A stretch of 64,000 nt of DNA from Bacilli bacterium (GTDB taxonomy: Bacteria; Bacillota_I; Bacilli_A; RFN20; CAG-826). Positions 1-10,124 of the stretch are shown piece by piece; position 1 is the first letter of the stretch; every line of letters starts with the position of its first letter. Both the position numbers and the translations under genes were made by a program. Below the pieces are notes generated by a model. The model was not told the DNA's origin and did not search any database. It saw nothing but the letters and a program-made list of their open reading frames with translations. The stretch covers positions 10,162 through 74,161 of the forward strand of contig JAZRZD010000016.1 in assembly GCA_045601085.1 (NCBI GenBank). The letters run 5' to 3'.

Positions 1-449
1 AATGTGATACAAATTGTTTCTTAAATCTTTAACTTCCATATTGCTTGTATCTAATAAACAATCAGTATCGTCTATAATTGCATCAACACTTTTTAAGTCT
101 AAATCAATAGCTTGCTCTAAGGTTAACTTTGAACCAATAGTTCTTGGATGAGTGTGACGAGTTAACGCAAAACGTTTTAATAAAACTTCTTTTGTCGCAC
201 TTAAAACGAATAAAGAAACATGGAAATCACTATTTTGGACTGCTGTTTCTTTAACAGTTTTAGCCTCCTCTATTGAAGTAATTAATAAAACATTGTTAAT
301 CTTTTTTTCTTTATTTAATTCTTCAAGTAAGTTTTTAATTAATGCAGAAGGTACATTTTCAATAATGAAATAACCTAACTCTTCAAAAACATATCTTGAA
401 GTAGATAGGCCTGCACCATTAGTAGAACTTAAAATAATTAATTTTTTCA
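1..449 (-). CDS. rapZ: RapZ/YvcJ-family nucleotide-binding protein (N-terminal part; gene continues beyond window start)
   Basis: Reverse-strand ATG at 447-449 and an open frame to position 1. The translation MKKLIILSSTNGAGLSTSRYVFEELGYFIIENVP... matches the RapZ/YvcJ N-terminus. A yvcJ gene next to trxB is the synteny seen in Bacillus. The Walker A is atypical, with Leu where the Lys is expected. Confidence 0.6.
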
Positions 450-1364
450 TTTGTCGCCTTTAATACGTTTAACCACTTCTTTAGCGGCTACTTTGCCATC
501 AAATTCAGATAAATAAATTTGTTTAATTTCTCTTGGAGTAATATCGCCACAGGCGAATAAATTAGAACATTTAGTTTCTCTATTAGCGTCAATAGGAACA
601 CTATTCCATTCATCTTTAACTCCATCAATTGCGATATATTGAGTGTTAGGAATTTGTCCAACAAGTGGGAAAATACCATCAAGTTCTATTACTTTTTCTT
701 CTAAAGTAGTTTTATTTTGAATTCTAATACCAGTAACATGGTCATCTCCTAAAATCTCTAAAGGAATATAAGGAGTTAAAACAGTAACATTACTATTTTC
801 TTTAAGTTCAGTAACAAGTTTATCATTGCCTCTAAATTGGTCACGACGGTGAATTAATGTTAATTCTTTTACAATTTTAGATAAGTATATTGCTTCTTTA
901 AGAGCGGAATTACCGCCACCAATAACAATAACTCTTTTACCTCTAAAGAAATGGCCATCACAAATAGCGCAATAGCTAATGCCATGTCCAAGTAATGTAT
1001 CTTCTTTTTCTAAACCTATTTTTCTTTCAGTTGTGCCACTACCCATAATGACATATTTAGCTTCATATATTCCTGAAGTTGTATCTAAAAAGAATATATC
1101 TCCCTCTTTTGTTAACTTATTAACTGTAGAAGAAATCATTTCAATATTGTTATCAACCACTCTTTTATATAACGCCATAGCAAGATCTGGGCCAGGAATC
1201 TTTGTAAAACCTGGATAATTATCTACTCTAGGAGCAATATTTACCTTTCCTCCTGGAGCACCACCTTCAATAATTGCGAAGTTAATGCCCGCTTCTTTAA
1301 GTACCAATGAAGCCCCAATACCAGCAGGACCACAACCAATAATTAATACATCATATTTATTCAT
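447..1364 (-). CDS. trxB: thioredoxin-disulfide reductase
   Basis: 305 aa. FAD motif GCGPAG, redox-active CAICDG and NADPH motif GGGNSA. Confidence 0.9.
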   Translation of the reverse strand: MNKYDVLIIGCGPAGIGASLVLKEAGINFAIIEGGAPGGKVNIAPRVDNYPGFTKIPGPDLAMALYKRVVDNNIEMISSTVNKLTKEGDIFFLDTTSGIYEAKYVIMGSGTTERKIGLEKEDTLLGHGISYCAICDGHFFRGKRVIVIGGGNSALKEAIYLSKIVKELTLIHRRDQFRGNDKLVTELKENSNVTVLTPYIPLEILGDDHVTGIRIQNKTTLEEKVIELDGIFPLVGQIPNTQYIAIDGVKDEWNSVPIDANRETKCSNLFACGDITPREIKQIYLSEFDGKVAAKEVVKRIKGDK

Positions 1365-2889
1365 GTTTATTTTCCTTTGCGTGAGAAATGATTTTAGGAA
1401 GAGGAAGTGCTAGTAAGAAATAGCAAGACACTCCTACAACTAAACAAACAACACCAATGTTATATGCATTTAGCGAGATTGTTTGAACAAAACTATTATT
1501 TATCATTAAAAGAGCACCAATGATAGTTAATGCTGTAGCGACTACAAAAATTGAAGATCCACCAATAAGATTACTCACAAAATTAGTGTGTCTAACTAAA
1601 CCGTTTTTTTTGTTAATGAAGTGTCTAATAATATGGTTTCCAACAATTAAGATAATTCCAGCAGCAACAAATATAATTGACCAGAACCAACTCCAATAAC
1701 CATCATTACCCATGTTATAGGCAGGATCTCTAATAGGTTCCATAAATACTCTAGTAAAGCCATACCAAATTAAATAACCGATTGCGGCATCACCAGGTTC
1801 TGTATATTTTTTTAAGCAATTTCCAAATAAATGAGCTAAAACAAAATAACCTAAAGTATTAGTTAGTCCTTCAATATAAAATAACGGAGCGTGCATCATT
1901 CCAGAAGCAGTCATCGCACCATTATTAGAGAAATGCATATTATTAAATATTATTTTTGGTAACCATGTCCAATATGTATCAGGCACTAAACCACCATAAA
2001 CTTCACAGTTGAAGAAGTTTCCCCATCTACCAATAGCTTGAGCAAGAAGGATTGAAGGAACAGCAATATCTAAAGCAACAAAGATACTATAACCTTTGTT
2101 TCTCCACATAAACCATAAAACACCAACGACAATACCGCCAATTGCGCCACCAAGAATAGTTAATCCACCTTCCCAGATAGCAAATACTTTCCAAAATGGT
2201 TGACCAGCAAATTCTAAGCCCCAGTTACCAATAACATAGGCAATACGTGCGCCTATGATACCAGCAGGGAATGCAATTAAAAATGTGGATTCAAATAAGC
2301 CATGTTTGCCGTATTGAACATACATTTTATGATCACATAAGAAATAGACAAATATTGCTCCAGAAAGAATACATATTGCGTAAAATGCGATATTACCACC
2401 TGTATTACCTGGATAAACTAAACCAATAGAGAAATCAATTGCTTTAGCAAGTGGTTTTAATAAATTTAAATAATCAGCATATCCATTAGTGAGGAAGAAA
2501 AAGAAAGTAATCAATAATGGAATGGACACCATTAATGTAATAAAAAGAATCTTATCTAACTTTGCAGATAAACCCTTTTTATAGTAATGGACAATAAATG
2601 AAATAAAGAAAGCATAAATAGATACACCTAAACCAAGTCCACCACTAATAGTCCAAAACCAATCAATTGGAGTAACTGGATGGTTGTGCCACAAATGGAT
2701 AGAAATAAATACTAATAAGAAACTAACAGTAAAAACCCCACCAAAAATGAGATATTTTTTCATTTTAATGTTTTCATCAGTTTGGATTGGGCTTTTTGCA
2801 TAATTAACCGCATCATAAATGGCATAGCCGAAAGAGCCCACTACACCTAGGATAGAAACAATAAATAATATTAGACCAAATGTTTCCAC
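1357..2889 (-). CDS. lgt: prolipoprotein diacylglyceryl transferase with ~230-aa N-terminal polytopic extension
   Basis: The C-terminal half carries Lgt signature segments (GARIAYV, GRWGNFFNCEVYG). The N-terminal half is a multi-TM domain not found in canonical ~270-aa Lgt. Confidence 0.8.
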   Translation of the reverse strand: METFGLILFIVSILGVVGSFGYAIYDAVNYAKSPIQTDENIKMKKYLIFGGVFTVSFLLVFISIHLWHNHPVTPIDWFWTISGGLGLGVSIYAFFISFIVHYYKKGLSAKLDKILFITLMVSIPLLITFFFFLTNGYADYLNLLKPLAKAIDFSIGLVYPGNTGGNIAFYAICILSGAIFVYFLCDHKMYVQYGKHGLFESTFLIAFPAGIIGARIAYVIGNWGLEFAGQPFWKVFAIWEGGLTILGGAIGGIVVGVLWFMWRNKGYSIFVALDIAVPSILLAQAIGRWGNFFNCEVYGGLVPDTYWTWLPKIIFNNMHFSNNGAMTASGMMHAPLFYIEGLTNTLGYFVLAHLFGNCLKKYTEPGDAAIGYLIWYGFTRVFMEPIRDPAYNMGNDGYWSWFWSIIFVAAGIILIVGNHIIRHFINKKNGLVRHTNFVSNLIGGSSIFVVATALTIIGALLMINNSFVQTISLNAYNIGVVCLVVGVSCYFLLALPLPKIISHAKENKHE

Positions 2890-5732
2890 TATTCGTATCT
2901 CCCGTTTTTAAGTATATCTTTAAGATACTGGCCAGTATAGCTCTTGTCAACTTTAGCCACGTCTTCTGGTGTGCCTTTGGCAACTACCATACCGCCTTTA
3001 TCGCCACCTTCAGGTCCAATATCAATGATATAATCTGCTACTTTAATAACATCTAAGTTATGCTCAATAACAACAACTGTATCACCATGATCTACAATTC
3101 TATTTAATACAGTTAATAATCTAGAAACATCGTCATCATGAAGACCTGTTGTAGGTTCATCTAAAATATATAAGGTTTTTCCAGTAGGTTTTTTTTGTAA
3201 TTCATTAGCAAGTTTAATTCTTTGTGCTTCACCACCAGAAAGAGTGGTAGCTTGTTGACCTAATTTGATATAACCAAGTCCAACATCATACAAAACTTGA
3301 ATATGTTTTAAGATTTTTGGTCTGTTAGCGAAGAAACTTAATGCTTCTTCCACAGTCATTTCTAATACATCATAGATATTTTTGCCTTTATAAGTGACCG
3401 CTAAAGTTTCTTCGTTATAACGTTTACCGCCACATTGATCACATTTAACATAAACATCTGGTAAGAAGTTCATTGGAATACGGGTTACACCAGCACCTTC
3501 ACAGTTTTCACATCTTCCTCCAGGAACATTAAAGGAGAACCTACCTTTATCAAACCCTCTAGCTTTAGCTTCTGGAGTGGAGGCAAATAAATCTCTAATT
3601 TCATCAAATAATTTAACATATGTAGCAGGATTACTTCTTGGAGTTCTTCCAATAGGTTCTTGAGTTACATCAATAACCTTATCTAAATATTCAATTCCAC
3701 TGATGGATTTAATTGGACCAGGGAATGTTTCTACATCTGAGAAATATTTATAAATGTGTTGATATAAAGTTTGATTAACTAAACTAGATTTACCACTACC
3801 ACTTACACCAGTTACAGCAATAAAGCATCCAAGTGGGAAATCTACATTAATATTCTTTAAATTATTAACACTTGCCCCTTTAATGGAGATAAATTTACCG
3901 TTTCCTGGTCTTCTATTTTTAGGAATAGGAATATATTTTCTACCACTTAAATATTGGCCAGTTAAAGATTTTTCGCTTTTTAATAAACCTTCAACATTAC
4001 CTTGATAGACAACTTCACCACCATGAAGTCCTGCTCTAGGACCAATATCTACAACATAATCAGCGCTAGCAATAGTCTCATCATCATGTTCAACCACAAT
4101 TAAAGTATTACCTAAATCACGCATCTCTTTCATTGTAGCGATTAATTTTTCGTCATCTTTTTGATGTAAACCAATACTAGGTTCATCTAATACATACAAA
4201 ACTCCAGTAAGTTTGGAACCAATTTGTGTGGCAAGTCTAATTCTTTGAGCTTCACCACCACTTAATGTCATTGCCATTCTTGCTAAAGTTAAATAATCTA
4301 ATCCAACATCACATAAAAATTTACTTCTTGCGTGAACTTCAGAAATAATAGAACCTGCAATTTCTAAGTCATTTCCGGTTAATTTATCTTTTAAGCTATT
4401 TATCCATGTATTAAGTCTATCAATAGGTAATTGGCAAACTTCATAGATATTTAAGCCATCAATTTTAACTGATAAGGCTTCTTTATTTAATCGGGCACCG
4501 TTACAGGATGTACAAACACTATCACGCATAAATTTTTCATAATAATTACGCATCCATTCACTAGTTGTGTCTCTATATAATCTTTGTACTTTCGTTTTAA
4601 TTCCTTCAATATAGCCATTTCTATTCATGACATTTCCTGAAGAAGATTTAACTTGGTATTTGTGTTCAACTGGAGAACCAATGAATACAATTTGCTTTTG
4701 TTTCTCAGTTAAATCCTTAAATGGAACATCTGTTGGGATTTTATATAAAGAGCATAAAAGTAAGAATTCTTGCCATTCAATATTTTGGCTTCCCACCATA
4801 TGACGGTAATATTCAATTGCCCCATCCTTGATACACATATCTGGATTAGGAACAAGTAAAGCAGGGTCTGCTTCTCTATTAATTCCTAGTCCGTTACAAT
4901 CAGGACAACAACCTAATGGGGAATTAAAAGAGAATAGTCTTGGTTCAAGTTTACCAACAGAAAAGCCACATATTGGGCATGTATGCTTATCAGAGAGGAT
5001 TTTTTCTTTTTTTGTTTCGTTATCGTAAATAAGAAGTAAACCGTTAGACCAATCTAAACATGTTTCAATACTAGAATAGATTCTACTTCTATCGTCTTTA
5101 TTCACTACGATACGGTCTACTACTAAATCAATATCGTGTCTTTTATTTTTATCTAATTCTTTAACATCATCTAATGTTACAAACTCTCCATCTACTCTTA
5201 AACGATAAAAACCACTGTGTTGAACTTTATCAAATACATCCTTTTGAGTGCCTTTTTCATGTTTAACAATTGGAGATAATAGTTGTAATTTGCTACCTTC
5301 TGGGTAATTTAAAACAATATCAGTCATATTAGTGACACTGAAAGAGATGATAGGTACGTTATGTGTTGGGCAATAAGGAATACCAATACGCGCAAATAAA
5401 AGTCTTAAATAATCATATATTTCAGTAACAGTGCCTACAGTACTTCTTGGATTATGTGAAGTTGATTTTTGATCAATCGCAATTGTTGGAGAAAGACCAT
5501 CAATTCTATCAACATCAGGTTTGTCATAGTTACCAAGGAATTGTCTAGCATAGCTAGAAAGAGATTCCATATATCTTCTTTGACCCTCTGCAAATATTGT
5601 TTCAAATGCTAAAGAAGTTTTTCCGCTACCTGAAAGACCAGTAAAAACAATTAAAGAATCTTTAGGTAAAGTAACACTAACATTCTTTAAGTTATTTTCT
5701 CTAGCACCAACGACAGTGATATTCTTTTCCAT
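2889..5732 (-). CDS. uvrA: excinuclease ABC subunit A
   Basis: 947 aa. Two ABC ATPase modules (GLSGSGKTSL, GVSGSGKSSL; LSGGEAQR twice) and zinc-finger cysteine clusters. Confidence 0.95.
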   Translation of the reverse strand: MEKNITVVGARENNLKNVSVTLPKDSLIVFTGLSGSGKTSLAFETIFAEGQRRYMESLSSYARQFLGNYDKPDVDRIDGLSPTIAIDQKSTSHNPRSTVGTVTEIYDYLRLLFARIGIPYCPTHNVPIISFSVTNMTDIVLNYPEGSKLQLLSPIVKHEKGTQKDVFDKVQHSGFYRLRVDGEFVTLDDVKELDKNKRHDIDLVVDRIVVNKDDRSRIYSSIETCLDWSNGLLLIYDNETKKEKILSDKHTCPICGFSVGKLEPRLFSFNSPLGCCPDCNGLGINREADPALLVPNPDMCIKDGAIEYYRHMVGSQNIEWQEFLLLCSLYKIPTDVPFKDLTEKQKQIVFIGSPVEHKYQVKSSSGNVMNRNGYIEGIKTKVQRLYRDTTSEWMRNYYEKFMRDSVCTSCNGARLNKEALSVKIDGLNIYEVCQLPIDRLNTWINSLKDKLTGNDLEIAGSIISEVHARSKFLCDVGLDYLTLARMAMTLSGGEAQRIRLATQIGSKLTGVLYVLDEPSIGLHQKDDEKLIATMKEMRDLGNTLIVVEHDDETIASADYVVDIGPRAGLHGGEVVYQGNVEGLLKSEKSLTGQYLSGRKYIPIPKNRRPGNGKFISIKGASVNNLKNINVDFPLGCFIAVTGVSGSGKSSLVNQTLYQHIYKYFSDVETFPGPIKSISGIEYLDKVIDVTQEPIGRTPRSNPATYVKLFDEIRDLFASTPEAKARGFDKGRFSFNVPGGRCENCEGAGVTRIPMNFLPDVYVKCDQCGGKRYNEETLAVTYKGKNIYDVLEMTVEEALSFFANRPKILKHIQVLYDVGLGYIKLGQQATTLSGGEAQRIKLANELQKKPTGKTLYILDEPTTGLHDDDVSRLLTVLNRIVDHGDTVVVIEHNLDVIKVADYIIDIGPEGGDKGGMVVAKGTPEDVAKVDKSYTGQYLKDILKNGRYE

Positions 5733-5789
5733 AATTAAAATTATATTATCAAACTTTTATTTTGTTTTCTATTAATAGAAAGATTGGTC

Positions 5790-5813
5790 AAAAAAAAGAA
5801 CGATTTCTCGTTC
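5790..5813 (-). terminator. intrinsic terminator downstream of the 175-aa hypothetical gene
   Basis: GAACGA(GAAA)TCGTTC hairpin followed by a T8 run on the minus strand. Confidence 0.5.
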
Positions 5814-5814
5814 C

Positions 5815-6342
5815 TTATTTGTTCCAATTAGCGATTAGAATTTTGTTATATGTATCGATTCCATCAACATAATTCTTAATGGCTTCAGATACATCCTTAT
5901 TAGCATCAGGGAATTTGTTTTCTACAAATGAACTTCTATCCGCTAATTCGACTTCATCAAATTTAACTGATGTTTTAAGTTCTTCAATTTGTTTTTCATT
6001 TAATAAACCCGCTCTTAAGACTGCTCTAATTGCGCTTTTTAAGGATTTATTAATTACTTTTAGTAATTGTTCGTTCTCTTTACGAACTTTAATCTTTTGT
6101 TCGGTAATAGAAAGAGTGGATTCAGGAACATAAGTAGAGACTACTTTGCTACCCTCTCTCCATTGGCGATAATAATATGTGTGATTTGCGATTTGTTTGA
6201 CTGAAATATATCCTCTTGGTAAAGCGGCGATAACTTTTTCAATATCGCGGTATTCACTTAGTGAGGAGAGTAATGTTTCAATTTTTCTTTGATCTTTATT
6301 CATAATGCTTAACCTACGATAATTATAGATAACAAATATCAT
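5815..6342 (-). CDS. hypothetical protein (no recognisable domain). An alternative start at Met14 (MNKDQRK) is possible.
   Basis: 175-aa ORF bracketed by terminators on both sides. Charged, helical-looking sequence. No motif recognised. Confidence 0.45.
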   Translation of the reverse strand: MIFVIYNYRRLSIMNKDQRKIETLLSSLSEYRDIEKVIAALPRGYISVKQIANHTYYYRQWREGSKVVSTYVPESTLSITEQKIKVRKENEQLLKVINKSLKSAIRAVLRAGLLNEKQIEELKTSVKFDEVELADRSSFVENKFPDANKDVSEAIKNYVDGIDTYNKILIANWNK

Positions 6343-6438
6343 TTAAGCAAGTAAATTAGACACGCTTAAATCCATTATTAATATCCTTATTATTATATAA
6401 ATATATAAATACTGGGGTTTTGCTATATTTTTAGGCAA

Positions 6439-6464
6439 GAAAAAAGACCATGATAATCATGGCT
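6439..6464 (-). terminator. intrinsic terminator downstream of the PFOR gene
   Basis: GACCATGA(TAA)TCATGGC hairpin followed by a T-run on the minus strand. Confidence 0.5.
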
Positions 6465-6485
6465 TTATTTTCGTTTAATTAAAGA

Positions 6486-9400
6486 TTATAAACCGAATTT
6501 TTTAATTCTTTCGAATCTCTTCTCTGCGTATTTTTGAGATTTTGTTAAGAGTTCTTCAGCGTGTTCTGGATTGACAACTGGGAGTTGTGCATATCTAGTT
6601 TCTGTCATAACGAAGTCTCTGAATTTGGAGAAGTCTGGTTCTTTACAATCAATTGTTAAGGCTGGTTTGCCTGCTGCTTCATTTCTTGGGTCATAACGGA
6701 AGATTGGGAAGTAGCCGCATTCCACTGCTAAACGTTCTTGTCTCATAGAGTTGGCTAAGCCACCCTTTAAGATGCCGTGGTTAGCACATGGTGCATAACA
6801 AATGATTAAACTTGGTCCATCATAGGATTCAGCTTCTTTGAATGCTTTAATTGCTGCTAATGGGTTAGCGCCTAAGCTGATTTGAGCAACATAGACATTA
6901 CCATAGCTCATAGCGATTAATGCTAAGTTCTTCTTAGCAGTCTTTTTACCACTAGCGGTAAATTTAGCGATAGAACCAGTTTGGCTTGATTTAGAAGATT
7001 GACCACCAGTATTGGAGTAAACTTCAGTATCAAGAACCATAATGTTAACATCTTCTTCATTAGCGATAACATGATCAAGTCCACCATAACCAATATCGTA
7101 GGCCCAACCATCACCACCGATAATCCAAATGGATTTATCTTTTAAGTCTCTTTCATAAGCAAGGACATCTTTAGCGGTTTCGCATTCACTGACTTTGACT
7201 AATGAGACTAATTTATCAACGATAGGACCAACAGTCTTACGGTTTTTAATATTAGCGAAATATTCGTCAATAGTAGCTTTAAGTTCATCGCTAGCTTTAT
7301 CACATTCTTTAACTTGTGAAAGGATTTCAACAATTCTCTTAAGTTTGGCATCAGTAGCAATTCTCATACCATAACCGAATTCGGCGTTGTCTTCGAATAA
7401 GGAGTTACTCCAAGCAATACCTTCACCGTTTTTATCAGTACAGAATGGGGTTAATGGGGTAGAACCACTATAGATGGATGAACATCCAGTGGCATTAGCC
7501 ACTAACATATCTTTACCAAATAATTGAGATAATAATCTGTAATATGGGGTTTCACCACATCCAGCACAAGCACCACTAACTTCCATGTATGGCATTAAGA
7601 AGCCAACACCTTTAACGGTATCTTGCATTGGGGCTGGTAATTTATCAGCTTTATAAGAAACGTGTTTATATAAGTAGTTAGCGCCTTCTTCTTGAGCAAA
7701 TTGAGATTTAGCCTCAACCATTTCAATAGCGTTACCACCATTACCGGTTTTCTTAAATGCTTGGTTAGCCATACATTCAATAGAACATAAGCCACAACCA
7801 ACACAGTTTTGTGGGGAAACTTGGATTCTATATTGTAATCCTGCTAAGCCTGGACCAACTGCTGGTTTAACGTCATTCTTAACGATTTCAGGAGCGTTTG
7901 CTAATTCTTCATCATTTAATAAGAATGGTCTTAATGTAGCGTGTGGACAGACAAATGCACATTGATTACATTGAATACAATATTCTTTATGCCAAAGAGG
8001 AACTTTATCAGCAATAGAACGTTTTTCGTTAAATGTAATATCGTTTCTCATTGTGCCATCTAATAATTCATAGTCTAAGAATTTGCTAACTGGGAGGTCA
8101 TCGCCACCTAAGTTACCAATTTCAGTAACATATGAATCAAAATAATCATCACCTAAGAGTTTTGGAGTGAATTTTGGATCAAGCTTAGCCCAATCTGGGT
8201 TAACTTTGACTTCTCTTAAGCCTTGAGTACCTGCATCGATAGCTTTCCAGTTGAGTTCAACAACTTCTTGGCCTTTCTTTGCATAGCTCTTTTCAGCGAA
8301 TTTCTTCATCCATTTTTGTGCTTCATCATATGGCATGATTTGTTCGTTTAATTTGAAGAAGCTGGCTTGAAGAGTGGTATTTGTATGTCTACCCATACCG
8401 ATTTCCGCACAGATTTTGTTAGCATCGATTACAAAGAATCTAGCGTTTTTCTTTGCAAGTTGGGCTTTAAATCTATTTGGTAAGTTCTTTTCAAGTTCTT
8501 CATCACTCATATCAGTGTTGAGTAAGAAAGTACCACCATCTTTTAAGTTTCTAGCCATATCAAACTTGAATAAATATGTATCAAGTGAGCAGCTAACAAA
8601 GTCAGCGTTTTGAACGTAATATGTACTTCTAATTGGGGATTTACCAAATCTTAAGTGAGAACGGGTAACGCCACCAGCTTTTCTTGAGTCATATGCGAAG
8701 TAAGCTTGAGCATATTGATGAGTTGCATCACCAATAATCTTAATTGATGATTTGTTAGCGGAAACTGTGCCATCACTACCTAAACCATAGAATAAGCAGG
8801 ATGTGTAGTCACCTTTAACGTGGAAATTATTATCAACAGGTATTGATAAATGAGTAACATCATCGTTAATGCTAACTGTGAAACCGTGCCATCTCTTATC
8901 ACTTGCTAAGAAATCAAACACAGCTTTCATATCTTTTGGTTGGGTATCTTTACTTGATAAACCATATCTACCACCGATAACTTCGATGTCTAAGCCTGCT
9001 TGTTTAATAACAGAAGCTACATCTAAGTATAATGGTTCACCAGCAGCACCCATTTCTTTAGTTCTATCTAAAACAGCAATTTTCTTAACTGATTTTGGTA
9101 AAACATCTAATAAATGCTTTGCGGAGAATGGACGGAATAAATGGACTTTAACAAGACCAATCTTTTCATCCTTTAGTTCATCGATAACTTCAGAGATAGT
9201 TTCAGTAACACTACCCATAGCAACGATAACTCTTTCGGCATCTTTAGCACCATAATAGGTAAATGGAGCATAATGTCTGCCAGTTAATTTTTCTGCTTCA
9301 TTGAAGTATTTTTCGGCAACATCAATAGCGTTTAAATAATGATTATTTTGTGCTTCTCTACCTTGGAAGTAGATATCATCATTTTCAGCACCACCACGGG

Positions 9401-10052
9401 TAACTGGGTGAGTATGTGGGTTTAAAGCTCTCTTACGGAAGAGTTCAACCTTATCCATTGGTAATAATTCTTTCCAGCATGCATCATCAACGAATTCAAC
9501 ATTTTGGATTTCGTGAGATGTTCTAAATCCATCAAAGAAATGGATAACTGGAACTTGAGCATCAATGGCCACTAAGTGGGCAACGTTAGTTAAATCAGCA
9601 ACTTCTTGAACACTGTGTGAACAAATCATGACAGCGCCAGCTTGTCTAACAGAATAAATATCTTGGTGATCACCAAAGATAGATAAACTTCTTGTTGCTA
9701 ATGCTCTAGCGGAAACATGCATTACGATTGGTAAGCATTCGCCAGCCCATTTATAAACATTAGGAATCATTAATAATAAACCTTGGCTAGCAGTGTAAGT
9801 GGCTGCTAAAGCACCGGCTTGAGCTGCACCATGGACTGTACCACTAGCGCCGCCTTCTGATTGCATTTCGCTAACTTTTACGATTCCTCCATAAAAGTTC
9901 TTTCTTTTTTGTGAAGCATACACATCAACAAGTTCCGCCATTGGGGAAGATGGAGTGATTGGGAAAATACCCGCTACTTCAATGTAGTTATAAGAACCTA
10001 AAGCTGCTGCGGTATTTCCGTCAACAGATAACATAGTCTTTTTAACTTCCAT
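6486..10052 (-). CDS. nifJ: pyruvate:ferredoxin (flavodoxin) oxidoreductase
   Basis: ~1188 aa with the PFOR N-terminus (MEVKKTMLSVDGNTAAA...). Two 4Fe-4S ferredoxin motifs (CIQCNQCAFVCPHA, CVGCGLCSIECM). TPP-binding GDGWAYDIGYGG. The start is moved to the ATG at 10052, which has a GGAGG 7 nt upstream. The ORF-track start at 10073 is a TTG. Confidence 0.93.
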   Translation of the reverse strand: MEVKKTMLSVDGNTAAALGSYNYIEVAGIFPITPSSPMAELVDVYASQKRKNFYGGIVKVSEMQSEGGASGTVHGAAQAGALAATYTASQGLLLMIPNVYKWAGECLPIVMHVSARALATRSLSIFGDHQDIYSVRQAGAVMICSHSVQEVADLTNVAHLVAIDAQVPVIHFFDGFRTSHEIQNVEFVDDACWKELLPMDKVELFRKRALNPHTHPVTRGGAENDDIYFQGREAQNNHYLNAIDVAEKYFNEAEKLTGRHYAPFTYYGAKDAERVIVAMGSVTETISEVIDELKDEKIGLVKVHLFRPFSAKHLLDVLPKSVKKIAVLDRTKEMGAAGEPLYLDVASVIKQAGLDIEVIGGRYGLSSKDTQPKDMKAVFDFLASDKRWHGFTVSINDDVTHLSIPVDNNFHVKGDYTSCLFYGLGSDGTVSANKSSIKIIGDATHQYAQAYFAYDSRKAGGVTRSHLRFGKSPIRSTYYVQNADFVSCSLDTYLFKFDMARNLKDGGTFLLNTDMSDEELEKNLPNRFKAQLAKKNARFFVIDANKICAEIGMGRHTNTTLQASFFKLNEQIMPYDEAQKWMKKFAEKSYAKKGQEVVELNWKAIDAGTQGLREVKVNPDWAKLDPKFTPKLLGDDYFDSYVTEIGNLGGDDLPVSKFLDYELLDGTMRNDITFNEKRSIADKVPLWHKEYCIQCNQCAFVCPHATLRPFLLNDEELANAPEIVKNDVKPAVGPGLAGLQYRIQVSPQNCVGCGLCSIECMANQAFKKTGNGGNAIEMVEAKSQFAQEEGANYLYKHVSYKADKLPAPMQDTVKGVGFLMPYMEVSGACAGCGETPYYRLLSQLFGKDMLVANATGCSSIYSGSTPLTPFCTDKNGEGIAWSNSLFEDNAEFGYGMRIATDAKLKRIVEILSQVKECDKASDELKATIDEYFANIKNRKTVGPIVDKLVSLVKVSECETAKDVLAYERDLKDKSIWIIGGDGWAYDIGYGGLDHVIANEEDVNIMVLDTEVYSNTGGQSSKSSQTGSIAKFTASGKKTAKKNLALIAMSYGNVYVAQISLGANPLAAIKAFKEAESYDGPSLIICYAPCANHGILKGGLANSMRQERLAVECGYFPIFRYDPRNEAAGKPALTIDCKEPDFSKFRDFVMTETRYAQLPVVNPEHAEELLTKSQKYAEKRFERIKKFGL

Positions 10053-10124
10053 ATAAAAACCTCCGTATAACAAATATAAGTATAGTTTTATTTGAATATT
10101 TATTCAATAAAAGAAAAAGAGAAT

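Noticed and set aside
488-682. Short antisense or alternate-frame ORFs of 60-130 aa inside large conserved genes (e.g. 488-682, 979-1218, 4828-5028, 8869-9255, 15133-15468, 20279-20560, 26216-26575, 27688-28182).
   Set aside because: Each lies wholly within a strongly supported conserved gene such as trxB, uvrA, nifJ, fusA, rpoC or rplA. They have low-complexity composition and no RBS, which is typical of spurious ORFs in AT-rich DNA.
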